In this document: positions 23,064 to 36,175 of the stretch, piece after piece
How the letters are laid out: each line of letters opens with the position of its first letter
How positions within the stretch are numbered: the stretch's first letter is position 1
Assembly: GCF_030684315.1 (NCBI RefSeq)
Contig: NC_081387.1
Coordinates: forward strand, 11,118,822 to 11,180,106
DNA length: 61,285 bases
Source: Stegostoma tigrinum
Taxonomy: Eukaryota
Direction: 5' to 3'
Notes under the pieces: model-generated
What the model saw: only the letters and a program-made list of their open reading frames with translations
What the model was told of the DNA's origin: nothing
Databases searched by the model: none
Translations under genes and position numbers: made by a program

Positions 23064-26000
23064 GTGGGTAACTGGGGGGCAATGCCAGGCAGGGTCCAGG
23101 TGCATTAGTCCTCAGTCAGTCAGCAATGGGATGTTGGGGTCAGTACTAGTCTGGGTCCTGGTGCATTAGTCCTCAGTCAGAGAGCAATGGGATGTGGGGG
23201 GCAGTACCAGGCTGCGTCCTGGTGCATTAGTCCTCAGTCAGTCAGTAATGGGATGTTGGGGTCAGTACCAGGCTGCGTCCTGGTGCATTAGTCCTCAGTC
23301 AGTCAGCAATGGGATGTTGGGGTCAGTACCAGGCTGGGTCCTGGTGCATTAGTCCTCAGTCAACGGGGTAAGAGGATGTGGCGGGGGGGGGGGGGGTGCG
23401 CGGTGGCGGTAGTGCCTGGTTAGGTACGATGACTTTAACACTCAATCATGTTACTGTTAGGATAAAAAAGTGTGGAGCTGGATGAACACATCTTCGTAGG
23501 TGCTGCTTGGCCTGCTGTGTTCATCCAGCTCCACACTTTTTTAAAATCTCGGATTCTCCAACATCTGCAGTTCCCATTATCTCTGATACTGTTAGAATAG
23601 TTGACCCTTGAGAGTTTGTACAACCATGGGTAGCTCTGTTTCAAGGTACTATTATGTTTCACTTTAAATTTTGGAGCAGAATGCCCTATTTTGTTTAAGC
23701 AGGTACGGGTCACTTTATAGGACAGGTATATTTCCTACATCCATGTTTGTGAGCATTTCTCCTGCACTAATAAATCGGAACTGATTAGAATGTTTCCGTC
23801 TCTGATGGTTTTGAATATTTGAATAATACGCAATTCTTTGACCTCTTACACGCTCAGTAAATAAGGTAGTCAGGAAGATTTCAACTCTGAGATAATGGGA
23901 ATTGCCGATGCTGGAGAATCCAAGATAACAAAGTGTGCAGCTGGATGAACACAGCAGGCCAAGCAGCATCTCAGGAGCACAAAAGCTGATTTTTCGGGCC
24001 GAGACCCTTACGGAAACGTCAGCTTTTGTGCACCTAAGATGCTGCTTGGCCTGCTGTGTTCATCCAGCCCGACACTTTGTTACCTTAGATTTCAGCTCTG
24101 TATTCTTTATCCCTTTGCATGGGAATCACCATTTTGTAGAGTGCAACTTAGTTGTGACTGTTGATTATACTATTGAAGTAAATAACCAAATATACTGTTG
24201 CAACCACAGCACATACAGCTGGAATTGGAATACAACATTTGGAGCTATTGCAATCAAAAAAGACACATTATTAATCAGGTTTCACAGTATTAAGAAAATT
24301 CAAGGGAGTGAATACATATTTTTACCTGGGACCATGAACAGATGTGGTTAAAAATGACAGCTCACCACCACACTCTCGAGGAAATTCGGGATGGGCAGAA
24401 AATGCTGCCCTAAACAGTGATGCCCACATGCTATGAATGAAGAAAATAAACTGTTTTTGGGTGTTCCATTATGTGTGATATTGCTGTGGAGATGGGTGGA
24501 GCTCAGTGGGACTCCTTATTTTGAGTTTAGCTTCCTGAATTTAGTTAGGGCTCAGTCAGCCGGCAAGTATAATGCAATGTTTGGAAAAGCACAGAGAGAC
24601 CCTAAAGAATGAAGCTGGAAACACTCAGAAGGCCAGTCAGTGGAAATAGTTCGTCAACACTGACGGGAGACTGAGGTGTTCGAACTTTTAAGGCAGCGGC
24701 AGAGCAAAGGTGGAGATGTGATAGAGGTGAAGGCCAGAACAGATAAAATAACAGAAGGTCTCATAGTGCAACATCCAGAAAGGGTATGCAGTTTTAAGTG
24801 GCTTATGTAGGTCAGTTTTTAGCCACTGTTAATCTCCAGCATGGTGATAGTGTGGAATTAGTAATGCCACTGAATGTCAAGATGGATGGTTAGACTCTAT
24901 ATTGTTTGAGGGTTTTGTGGTGGTCATTGCCTGTGAATTGTGTGGTGTTGCTTGGCACATATCAGCCCAATCCTGAATCTTGTCCAGGTCTTTCTTAATT
25001 TGAACTTGGACTGCTTAATGTAGATGATTCGGACTTGGGGATCCAAGCATAATGTGTCAAAGCTTGCAAATGACACTAAGTTGAGTGGTGGAGAAAAGTG
25101 TGCAGAGGACACTGAAAGTCTGCAGAAGGACATGGATCAGTTAAGTGAGTGGGCATGGGTCTGGTAGATGGAGTACTATGTTGATAAATGTGAGATCATC
25201 CATTTTGGTAGCAATAACAGCAAAATGGAATATTATTGAAGTGATGAAAAATATACTGCAACATACTGCTGTGCAGAGGGAGCTGGGTGTCTTTGTGCAT
25301 GAATCACAAAGTGCTGGTTTGCGGGTGCAGTGGGTAATTAGGAAGGCAAATGGAACATTGTCCTTCATTGCTAGAGGAATGGAGTTCAAAAGTGGGGAGG
25401 CTATGCTGCAGCTTTACAGGGTGCTGGTGAGGCCAGGAGTGCTGTGTATTGTTGTGGTCACCATACTTGAGGAAGGATGGACTGGCACTGGAGGGGTACA
25501 GAGGCAATTCATAAGGTTGATTCTGATGTTGAAAGGTTTGGCTTATGTTGAGAGATTGAGTAGACTAGGACTATCCTCACTGGAATTTTAAAGCATGAGG
25601 GGGGACACCTTTATAGGAATGTATAATATAATGAAGGGAATAGATCAGATAGAATCAGGGAGGTTGTTCCCACTGGTTGAACTAGGGAGCCTCAAATAGT
25701 GAGACCAAATTTAGGACTGAGTTGGGGAGGAACTCCTTCACCAAAAGGTTGTGAATCTATGGAATGCCCTGCCCCATGAAGCAGTTGAGGCCACCTAATT
25801 GAATGTTTTTAAGGCAAAGATAGATTTTTGAACAGTGAAGGAATTGAAGGTAGTGGTGAGCGTGTGGGTAAGTGAGTCTATGAAAAGATCAGCCATGGGC
25901 TTATTGAATGGAGGAGCAGGCTCAAGGGGCCAGATGGCTCCTGTTTCTTATGTTCTTATGTTGATTATCAGCGGAGTTGTGAATGGTACGGAATATTGTG

Positions 26001-29000
26001 CAGTTATCTGCCAACATCCCTGTGTCTGACCTTATGATGGAGGGAGAATCAGTATTGAAACACTAGAAGAGGGTGCAATGACTGCATAGAGGCTGGTATC
26101 CCGTCACCATGTCACCTTTTATTTATTTGTGCACAGTACACTGGCTGTGGCCAGCCAGCCTGGAGTCAGTCCCCTGAACTGAGGAGATCCTCATTTCCTG
26201 ATTATATTAGTAGGTCAGGGCTTTCCTAAGTGGCCCAGCTGAGCAACACCGAACAATGATCTTTTAGTCAACAAGGTCAACCTGGTTCCAGTGGTTGAGT
26301 CTGGAGAAAACTCTGCAGTAAGATCCTGGAGATGAGCTGACCGACCTCCTAAAACCACCATCATCTTCCTTTGTCCCACTTAAGACTTTAGCCAGTGGAG
26401 AGATTTCTAATGATTTCCCAGTGCCTGTGGCTTTGCTTGGTCAAATGTATGATGCTGTACTTGGTGAAATGTGGCTTTGAATTCAAGAGCTGCCACTTTC
26501 ACCTCATCTGTGGAGTTCAGCTGTTTTTGTCTTTGTTTTCTTGGTTGGACTGTAATGAGATGAGAAGCTGTGCTTCAGCGAAAAGCAAACCAAATGTTAT
26601 TAAACAATTTATTGCTGACCTTGATAACTCCCTCAGCAACCCCATTAATCATCTTGCTGATGACCAAGAGTAGCCTGATGTGATGGGAACTTTGTATTGG
26701 ATTTAACCTGCCTTTTGTGCACAGGACAATACCTGGCCATTGCTGAGCCAATGTCAGTGTTGTCCCTATATTAGGACAGCTTAGCAAAGATGTAGGGAAT
26801 TTGGGAGTACAAGTCTTTCGTACTATTACAAGAAAATTGTCAGGATTCATAGCCTTTGCAGCATCCAGTGTCTTCAGTCATTTCTTGATGTCACAAAGAC
26901 TGAATGGAATTGGCTGAAGACAGGAATCTGTGATGTGGACACCATAGGAGGAGAGGACAGTGGATCATCCACTTGACCCTTCCGGCTGAAGGTGTTTACA
27001 GCAGCTTCAGCTTTGTCGTTCAGCTGGGCCATGGGGATATTTCTGGAGCTTCATCCTGTTGTGAATTGCTTGCGACCACCACACTCACAACTTGGTGAAA
27101 GACGATTACAGAGCTGGATGTCAGACCTGTCGATTGTGGTATGGCTTGATTTTCTCCATTGCGAGTTGGTACCACTGTTTGACATGCAAAAGTCCTGTAG
27201 CTTCACCACATTGACAGCTTACTTTTAGGTCTGCCAGGTGCTGCTCCTGGCTTGCCTTCCTGCGCTCTTCATTGAACTGGCGTTATGATCCTAAATGATA
27301 TTACTTCGACACAACTCAATTCTCAGAATGACATTTATTAAGATAGTTTTTTTATGTGCCGATTGTCCGTGGGACATTCACAGAGGTTACGAATTTCCTT
27401 ATACAGAATTGCGGTTTTTAACATAATTTGTTGAAAAAAATTAAGGTATCCAATTATAGAAGACAGTTAGAAAAATATCAAGATAACAGCAAAACCAAGT
27501 TTCAACCTGTTTCCCAACACTACCCAATGACATGAAACACCGAAACAGAAAATAGGAGCAGGAGAGGATATAGGTTTAAGGTGAGAGGGCAAAGATTTAA
27601 AAGGGACCCAAGGGACATCTTTTTAATGCAGAGGGTGGTGCTAGAGGATCTGTTGGAGGCTGGTACAATTGCAGCATTTAAAAAAACATCTGGATGGGTA
27701 TATGAATAGGAAGGGTTTTGCGGGCTCTGGGTCAAATGCTGACAAAGGTATAAATCTAGTCACAGTGGGCGTGGATGAGTTGGACTGAAGGGTCTGTTTC
27801 TGAGCTGTGTATCTCAATGGCACTGTGACTGTGAGCAGACCATTTGGCCCTTCAAGCCTGCACCACAATTCAAGTCGTTCCTGACTGATCATGCAATTTC
27901 AGGACTCCATTCCCGCTTTCTCTCCATACCCCTCGATCCACATCCAGCTCACTCTTGAGCATATCGAGCAAACTGGCTCCAACAGTTTTGAGTCTTAGAG
28001 AATTCCAAGGGTTCACAGCTCACAGCCAGTCCCACTCTCCTGTCTTTGTCGCTTTACTCTGCAATTTCCATCTCTTCAAGTAATTATCCAATATTTGATT
28101 GAAAGTCTCAATTGAATCTTCCACCATCACACTCCCAATCACTGCATCCTAATCTTCCAAAGGGTCAGTATTCAAATCTCTGCCTTTCCTGCTACATTCT
28201 CTCAAAGATTTGCTTGGTGTACAGAATTCTGAGGCCAGTGTGCCGTGACGATTTACGATCAGTCTGTGTGGAACCTCAGAGCAGCTGTGTGGTATTCTGA
28301 TGGATATTAATGATCCAGATCTGTACAGACAACATACTACAATTTGCAAACAATGCAAATCTTGCAGCATTGTAAACGATGACGAGGATCCTGACAGACT
28401 TCAAGAGGAGACGGAAATGTGGGTAGAACGGGCCAACAAGTGGCAACTCAAATTTAATGTGCAAAAATGCCAATTTATACTTTTTGACAGGAAGAAAAAA
28501 GAAGTCAAAAGAGGGGTAATATTCCAAAGCCTATGTGGAGACCTGGAGCTATATGTGTAAAAATAATAAGAGCCAGGCAGGCTGGTTCAGAAAGCGGAAG
28601 GTGGGAACCTGACCTCCTGAATACAGGCGTAGAGTATAAAGTGAGGTGTGAGTGGAAACGTGTGACCGGTCTTTTGAGCTGCATACCCTATTGGATTTCC
28701 TCTCTGTGTTTCAGAAACTCACTCTCTTCGGTATTTCCTGAGTGCTATGACTCCAGTTTCTGGTTACCCGCAGTTTGTCATTGTTGGATATGTGGACGGG
28801 GTCCAGTTTATCAAGTACGACGGCGATCAGAAGGTGTTGATTCCTCGGGAACAGTGGATGGTGGAGAGCGAGGGACGTAAGGCCTGGTTGCGGAAACTAT
28901 ACCTTGCCCAGTTGCAGGAGCTGGATTTCAGAGCCTTTGTTCCCAGGATCATGGAACGGATCAACCAGACAAGTGGTGAGTCCATACCACCCCACTGCTC

Positions 29001-32000
29001 GGATTCTCCGGGGGGGTTACTTGGAACCGAGGAGCAGGAATAGGCCATTCAGCCCCTCTAGCTTGTTCCATTTTTCATTGAAACCATGGCTGATCCGTGG
29101 CCTAAATCCACATACTCGTTTTTGGTCCGTGTCCCTTAAAAGCTGTGTTTATCAAAAATGCATCTGTCACAGATTTAGAAATTGACAACTGACCCAGCAA
29201 CCTTTGCCATTTGTTGCAAACATCTACCACCCTTTGTGTGTCGGAGTGCTTCGTAACATCTCTGTTAGGACAGTCTGGACCCACCCCTAGTGAGTCCCCA
29301 ACCAGTGGGAAAAAAATTCTTATCGACTGTGTCCCTTTCCCTGTTTCATATCTCGTTGTTCTGCAGGTTCAGGGGTTATTTGGGGAAAGCCATGTGGGGA
29401 GTTGATGTTGTTTTGATCAGTTCCAGACAGAGTTTCTCGTGGAGATGAACCCTGTTGGCAGTTCACATTTCTGATTAACAGGGATGATGGTCTGTCTCTG
29501 ACTGGCAACTTGTGTTTCTGATTGACAGGGATCTACACATACCAGATGATGACTGGCTGTGACCTGAGGGACGATGTGGTTCTGGTTGGGTTCAATCAGT
29601 ACGCGTGGAATGGACGAGATGTCCTCAGCTTTGACAAGGAGCACATGGTGTGGGTGAGCCCGGTTCCTTGGGGAGAGAGCATCAAAAACAGGTGGGACCA
29701 GGACGTGTCAGGCAACCGGCAATGGAAGCAATACCTGGAGAAGGAGTGTGGCACATGGCTGAGGAAATACCTGGAGTACGGACAGAGAGAACTGGAAGTT
29801 GGTGAGTGAGGCAGGGAGTGAGGGTCAGTGAGTGAATGAGTGGGGATGGGGAGGGAAGTGCTGTGAGTCAAGGGCCTATTTTGATCGCATCTGATATTAT
29901 TACATGACAAATTAGATCATGGACAAGATCCTAAGATTGCGTGATCTTATTTTGATGGATAATGTACTTTCTGTTGAGGTTCATTCAGATTTTCTTTTGT
30001 CAGCTTTAAAAGGAATCTGGATGGGTCCATGAATAGGAAGGGTTTAGACTGATATGGGCCAAATAGAGGCAAATGAGACAACATTAAAGTAGGATATTTG
30101 TTCAGCATGAATGGGTTAGCCCAAAGGGTCTGTTTCTGTGCTGTACAACTCTAAAACTCTTTAACTCAAATGGTGCCACTCAGCTTTCGGACTGTCTCAT
30201 AAATTTGTGACAGAGATATAAAGAGTTGTTTCTGAACTTTAGTTTATTAACTTTAATTTAAGTACTCCACATGCATCATTTCCATATGTTAGATTGAAAC
30301 GACTAAATACTGTGCATGTCTAATTTCCCAATCCTTAACGTCGTATAAGAAGATAGAAATAAACACATCTTCCACCTATGAAACAGATCCAATTATTATT
30401 AAACACCCAGGAAAAGTATAAACCTGTTAATGTCTTTGAGAAATAAAAAGAAACAAACCAGCATTTGGATCGGACTGACAACCCACCCTTGGTACAGTAC
30501 CCAAGTCAGATCTTGTACAGTACTCACTGCAGGATCCTGATATTTAACACCTCAGTGGATTTAAGTAATTTATAAATTTAATTTTGGAATGGAGCCGCAG
30601 ATAATTCTTGGAAGGAACTGTCATACACCTGAACTTCAACATACTCGGCTAGAAGCAACCTTTTCAGGGCTTTATCCCAACATATCTGGTCTAGGACGAA
30701 CAAGAACTGTTCACTCTAAGGTAATCTTTCAGGATACACTCTTCTTGCCTCCAGAACACTGGTCTACATAGCCATCCTGTTCCAAGAATTTCAGAGAATG
30801 GCTCAAAACCAAAACTAAAATTGCCGTTTCTAATCTGTGGGTCTGACTCTTTATCTTAGAAAAAGCCTCTTCTGACCTTCTACAGCAAAGCTCGTTCATA
30901 TAGTTACATCATAAAACTCGACCAAAATACATACAATTGAGTTAATTTGAAGTTAAGTCTCAACCTATTCACTATGGCTGCAAAAATACTCTCAAGTTAA
31001 TGCTTAACTCTCAAGCATACGTGAAGCTCACCACCGAATGAACTCAGAAACCCAAACTGGCAATAAATAACATTTGTTCATAAATATAGATAAATAGACC
31101 CCACAGTTTTCTTTACAGGGAGCATGTCGGGGATTGAGGCAGTCAGACTGAGTGTTTTGGGGTAGCTGCGTAAGAGGGGAGGGCGTGTGGTTGAGGTGAG
31201 ACTTGTTCAGTTGACTGGTGCCTGGGCCTTTCTCTATCCTGATGTTCGTGCACTGACTCATGTTCCTCTCTCCCTCAGCTGCCCCCATTGTGTCCCTTAC
31301 CCGTCTGGGCGATTCCAACCGGCTGTCCTGTCTCGTCACCGGGTTTTACCCCCAAGCCATCGAGGTGACTCTGTGGAGGGATGGAGTGTTGATCGATGAG
31401 ACCCTGTCCACTGGAATCTTACCCAATCATGACAGGACCTACCAGATCCGGAAATGGATAGAATTTGATCCGGTGGATCAGGCCGAGTACTCCTGTCGGG
31501 TGGAACACAGTGGGCTGGAGGACAAGCTGGTGGTGATTTATGGTAAGAACTTTTTCTCATTATTAGGATAGAGAGGGGGCAAAAATATTGACATCAGTGT
31601 GTCACATTGCTCGCACCATTGCTGGAGAGCAGTCATAAAGACAGTGAATCCAGGGGTGCTATGGTAGGACATATCCCAGTGTATCCTGGAGTACATTGCT
31701 ATTTCCAGCATCTTAAAGATCCAAGAACACTGCAGGGTTAAGGAATATGGTATATCATCTGACATTAGTGTGACAGAACCTGCTGTATCCATTGAATTCT
31801 ATAGTGGGGCCAGGTGGATCCAATAGAATATGAAATAAAAACCGAATGATGTGTGGATGCCGATCAGGAACAAAAACTGAAGTTGCTGGAAAAGATCAGC
31901 AGGTCTGGCATCATTTGTGAGGAAGAAATCAGAGTTAAGGTTTCGGGTCCGGTGAGGTCATTCTGAGTAAGGGTCCCTGGACCTGAAACATTAACTCTGA

Positions 32001-33687
32001 CTATTTTCTTCACAGATGCTGCCAGACCTGCTGAGCTTTTCCGGAAACTTCTGTTTTTGTTCCACATAGAATATGAATTTGTTGATTTGGGTAACCTGGG
32101 TTAATGAGGGAGCCCTGGCTGACAGATGTAAACAGGAGATTTAGCTGTTGCCTTCACCCTTTGATTTATTATTCTACCCATCAATCCTTAAGTGCCAGTT
32201 ACAAAATCTCCTTAATCCTGTGGAGTCGGGTTGGAATCAAATAAACACAAACAAGGTTTGAGAACTTCAACTCCTAATCATTGTGAACAGTTTTACTGTA
32301 ATTTGGGAAAACAAAGTGCAAAGCTGGATGAACACAGCAGACCAAGCAGCGTCAGAGGAGCAGGAAGGCTGATGTTTGAAGCCTAGACCGTTCTTCTGAA
32401 AAAAAAGTCTAGGCCCGAAACATCAGCCTTCCTGCTCCTCTGATGCTACTTGGCCTGCTGTGTTTATCCAGCTCTATATGCCTTGTGATCTCAGATTCTC
32501 CAGCATCTGCAGTTTCTAGTACCCCTTTACTGTAATGAAATAGATTGAAACAAAAACAGCTGATGGGGTGGTCAGAAAAAAAGAAACAGAATTGTAACAG
32601 GGGATTCAGAAGGTTTCCTCAGTCAAAGGACAGTGGCAGTGAGAGAAAACAGTGCGTGCCTGAAGTAAACTGTTTCTCTCGCATGTGGCCGGCATTGGCA
32701 TTCCTGCTGCCATTTCACTCCCATCCCAGGGCCAGGAATATCGGTTTATCGTGGTACAGAAGCGTTGAGCTGCCTCCCGCTGATAGATACCCCAGTGGTG
32801 GTGTGCTTCCCCTGGAAGAGTCCATTCTGGTTGTACACTTCCTGGACACCCTTCCAGTCACTGCTGACAATATCAGCCCATGGGCACAGAAAGATCCCGT
32901 CTTGGTGAAACTAAAACCGCTGGTGGTGACGGGGGAAACAAATGTGCCGTCACAACCAGGATTGAAGCTTTTCTGGACCCTACAGCATCACTCAGCCCCC
33001 AACTGTGAATTCTCCCATGACCATGAATATTGTTTTATTTAAACAGAGTTTCAGAATTAAATTCCCATTTTTATTATGGGCCGCAGCACCAAACATTCTC
33101 AAGAAGAGTCAGGAATCTCAGGCAGTCCAAGGAATGAGAGACATTTCCAGATATTCTACGAGAGGGCAGAGATGAGCTTGAGATAAGGCTTTGTGACAGG
33201 AGACAAGCAATCCAAAATCCCAAGGACAGGAATAATAAATTCTGAAGGGTGAGACTATCGAGATCTTTAAATGGATAAAACATTTTGATAGAGTGGGTGC
33301 ACAGCGTGTGTTTGGTGAAGAAACTCGAGATTACCAACACAAGACAATCACGAAAAATTCCAGGAGGAATTCAAAAGAAACTTCTCCAGCCAAAGAAAGG
33401 GGAGAATGTGAAGCCTGGTGCTGCAGGGAGCCTGACTTGTTCAAATGTATTTAAGTGGAAATTAGAAAGGAATAGCAAGTGTCAATGACGGATTTAGATC
33501 AGGAAGGAGCTTCAGTGGATAAAAGTGAGGATATACTGATTGGACCAAATGACCTGAATGTATGCAGTATATCCTGTATAACACACATTTTTCTTTACTT
33601 TCTTGCTGTCTGTCTCTGTCTCCCTGCCTCCCCTCTCTCTTTGTCTGTCTCTCTCCCACATTTTTTCTTCTCTCTCACTCGCTCTGA

Positions 33688-33726
<39 letters not shown>

Positions 33727-35557
33727 ACAGACCCGACGTCTCTCTCCCAGGTTCCTGTCATTGTTGGGGTTGTATTTGGAGTCCTTGGGATCATTGCTGT
33801 CGCTGTTGGGGTTGTCATCATTTACAAGAAGAAAGGTAAGGGTTTGTGTTGAAAATTGCAGCTTCTCTCTGGGATCTCAGGGAGTTGCAGAGCCAGAAGG
33901 GAGTTGGCCAGAATAAAGCGAAGGAACATTGTGAGCACTTTTGGGCCCCATGTCTAAGAAAGGATGTGCTGCCCTTGGGAATCCAGAAGAGGTTTACAAG
34001 AATGATCCCTGGGTTGAAGGGTTTGTCAAATGAGGAGTTGGTGAGAACTCTGGGTCTGTGTTTCCTGGAGTTTTGAAGGTCGGGGGTGAATCTCATTGAA
34101 ACTTACAGATTACTGAGAGGCCTGGATAGAGTGGATGTGGAGATTTTTCCATGAGCAGGAGAGACTAGGACCAAAGGGGCCAGTATAGTGTGAGAAGGGA
34201 CAATCCTTTATAATTGAGGAGGAACTTCCTCAGCCAGACAATGGTGATTCTGTGGAAATCCATTGTTGCTGGAGGGTGTGGAGGCCAAGACACTGAACAT
34301 CCTTAAGACGGATAGTTAGATATTTGATTGGTAAGGGGATCAAGGGTTATAGGGGAAGGCAGGGGAATGGGGTTGAGAAACATGTCAGTCACGATTGAAT
34401 GGTGGAGCATTCCTGATGGGCTGAATGGCCTAATTCTGCTGCAGCGTCTCATGGTCCCCGGCTGTTTGCTTGGGTTCGGAGGGTGGGCAAGGAACCTCTG
34501 TGTTTATGACTCAGTCTCTGGGTTAGCAATGGCTGAGGCTGTGGGGAGAGGGCCTCAGTTTGTGAAGGAGGGTCTGTGACAGTGCCATTTCTCAGGGTAA
34601 GGTGGAAGGTCTCAGGGTTCAGAGTCTCAGGTTGTGAATGTGAAGTCAGATATTTCAGATTGTGTTTGGCTCTCAGTTCACTGTTGGGCTTCAGCAGCTC
34701 AGAGAGAAGTGGACACAAGGGGCTGAGTCTAATTGGGAGTGAGGGTCTCCAACATTTCTTCTGATTTTCTGACAGTCTCTCGACACTCACCAAACATTCC
34801 TTGATTTACAGGAGGAGAGAAGAAGAAGTACAGCCCCACAAACGGTAAGCTGATAATTCACCTCTCGGCATCTGTGTTTGTGTACGATGAGCTGCTTTTC
34901 TGTTTCAAACAAAAAATCTGCAAATGCTGGAGATCTGAAACAGAAAAGAAAACATAAATTGCTGAGGCAACTAATTAGGTTTGTCAGCATCTGTGGAGAG
35001 AAAACAAGAAACATTTTGAGTCCAGTGACATTTCGTTCTGGGAGTTCTGTTGAGGGGTCACTGAATCCAAAGTGTTAACTCTGCTGTCTGTCTCCTCAGA
35101 TGCTGCCAGACATAGTGTGTTTCTCAAGCAGTTTCTGTTTCTGTTCTCTGTCTGATCTGTCTGTCTGTCTGTCTGTCATTCTTCTCTTGGTCTCGTGTGC
35201 TCTCTGTCTCTCGTTTAGCCCTCTCATACAATCTCTCTTTCGTACATTTCTCCCTCTCACACTCTTTACGTCTCTGGCTCTCATTTCTCTCAATTGTTTG
35301 TTCTGTCTCTCATTTTTCCTCTCGTGCTTTCTCTCTTATTTGTTTCTCTCTATCATGCTCTTTCTGTCGCTCTCTCATTTTGTTCTGTTTCTCTCGTTTC
35401 TTGCTGTCTATTATTGTCTCACCCTCTTGTTTCTCGCTGCCTCTGTTACATATTCTCTGTCTCATTCTTTCTGTTGCTGTGATAATGAATGATTTTTAAT
35501 CTTGTGTTTCCCTTAACAGCTTCTGATGAAACAAGCTCCAGTTCTGTCATTTCCTGA
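23015..35557 (+). CDS. MHC class I heavy chain (gene B), complete 7-exon CDS, 340 aa, probably non-classical
   Basis: Exons 23015-23063, 28715-28975, 29529-29801, 31279-31542, 33731-33835, 34812-34844, 35520-35557; all phase-1 GT-AG introns; 1023 nt, open frame. Confidence 0.93.
23090..23361. repeat. 60-bp minisatellite (~4.5 copies) at start of gene B intron 1
   Basis: Unit ggtgcattagtcctcagtcagtcagcaatgggatgttggggtcagtaccaggctgggtcct. Confidence 0.9.
23461..23586. mobile_element. Short palindromic PLE-terminus insertion
   Basis: Arms aaaaaagtgtggagctggatgaacac / gtgttcatccagctccacactttttt; TSD TACTGTTAG. Confidence 0.75.
23888..24090. mobile_element. Palindromic PLE-terminus insertion
   Basis: Inverted arms of the same terminal sequence. 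Confidence 0.75.
25030..25960 (+). mobile_element. Degenerate CR1-like LINE 3' fragment
   Basis: IRKANGTLSFIARGMEFKS..LQLYRVLVRP in ORF 25145..25591. Confidence 0.8.
26300..27290 (-). mobile_element. Degenerate CR1/L2-like LINE RT fragment
   Basis: MNPDNFLVIVRKTCTPKF resembles the GPDNIP..LK.CAPEL motif. Confidence 0.55.
28715..28975 (+). CDS. Gene B exon 2, alpha1 domain
   Basis: THSLRYFLSAMTPVSGYPQFVIVGYVDGVQFIKYD..PREQWM..MERINQTS; NQT glycosylation site. Confidence 0.95.
29529..29801 (+). CDS. Gene B exon 3, alpha2 domain
   Basis: GIYTYQMMTGCDL..WVSPVPWGESIKNRWD..YLEKECGTWLRKYLEYG; Cys pair present. Confidence 0.95.
31279..31542 (+). CDS. Gene B exon 4, alpha3 Ig C1-set domain
   Basis: LSCLVTGFYPQAIEVTLWRDG..LPNHDRTYQ..YSCRVEHSGL. 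Confidence 0.95.
31834..32065. mobile_element. Palindromic PLE-terminus insertion (older subfamily), shared with D at 50830-51057
   Basis: Inverted arms; TSD ATAGAATATGA. Confidence 0.75.
32305..32525. mobile_element. Palindromic PLE-terminus insertion specific to gene B
   Basis: TSD TTTACTGTAAT; absent at the paralogous site ~50590. Confidence 0.75.
32560..32990 (+). mobile_element. Probable Gypsy/LTR-retrotransposon pol remnant in intron 4 (copy at 50130-50570, minus)
   Basis: FLDTLPVTADNISPWAQKDPVLVKLK resembles the RNase H-integrase linker of Gypsy pol. Confidence 0.5.
33731..33835 (+). CDS. Gene B exon 5, connecting peptide and TM
   Basis: DPTSLSQVPVIVGVVFGVLGIIAVAVGVVIIYKKK; (CT)n tract before the acceptor. 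Confidence 0.92.
34812..34844 (+). CDS. Gene B exon 6, cytoplasmic (GGEKKKYSPTN)
   Basis: 33-nt exon, tttacag|..|gtaag, conserved tail Tyr; paralogous to 10985-11014. Confidence 0.8.
35520..35557 (+). CDS. Gene B exon 7, cytoplasmic (ASDETSSSSVIS*)
   Basis: taacag acceptor; SD motif of class I tails; TGA G|gtatg. Confidence 0.8.
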
Positions 35558-35654
35558 GGTATGAACATTGTTGTTCATTGTTGGGAACAGGTCATTGTAA
35601 CTGGGGGATTGGAGCTGGTGTGAATTGGACAATCTGGAGGGTGTACTCTGTGCT

Positions 35655-35692
<38 letters not shown>

Positions 35693-36175
35693 GTGTGATC
35701 ACTAACGACAAGCTTACATAGTTCAACACGGAGCATTTAGACTGACCTCCTGGAGAGGGCTGATCCTGTCTGGGTGTAAGCCTCAATGTACCTCTGAGGG
35801 GTGGGGTTTGGGCTATAGAAATAACCGGACACTTTTTGTCCTGGATGCAGCCTTTCTAAAGGGAGTCAATACGATGACAGTTCTCACTGTAGTTTGTTCC
35901 TTGAGTTCAGCGTTGCTGTCCTAGAATTCTGCATTTCTGGGTGCTTGTGGAATGCAGAGAAGTGGGTGGGGTCTGGACCTGATAGAGAACTGAGCGCAGT
36001 TCAGGAAACTAGATTGTGAGGGGATTTATGGTATTGGAGGGAGTGCAGTGTCGATAGACCTGAATGAAAGCTGGTCTTCAAGGGTTAAATGACACAGAGA
36101 TTAAACAAACTGGGGCCGTGTTCCCTAAAATGTAGAACGTTAAGGGCTGATTTGATGGAGGTTTTGAAATATTAG

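Noticed and set aside
32545-33042. ORF conserved in two copies (also 50069-50428)
   Set aside because: Conservation reflects duplicated intron 4 containing a retroelement remnant, not a host gene.
33751-33835. Alternative TM acceptor (tctctcccag at 33750)
   Set aside because: Out of frame with alpha3; only 33731 gives the TM.
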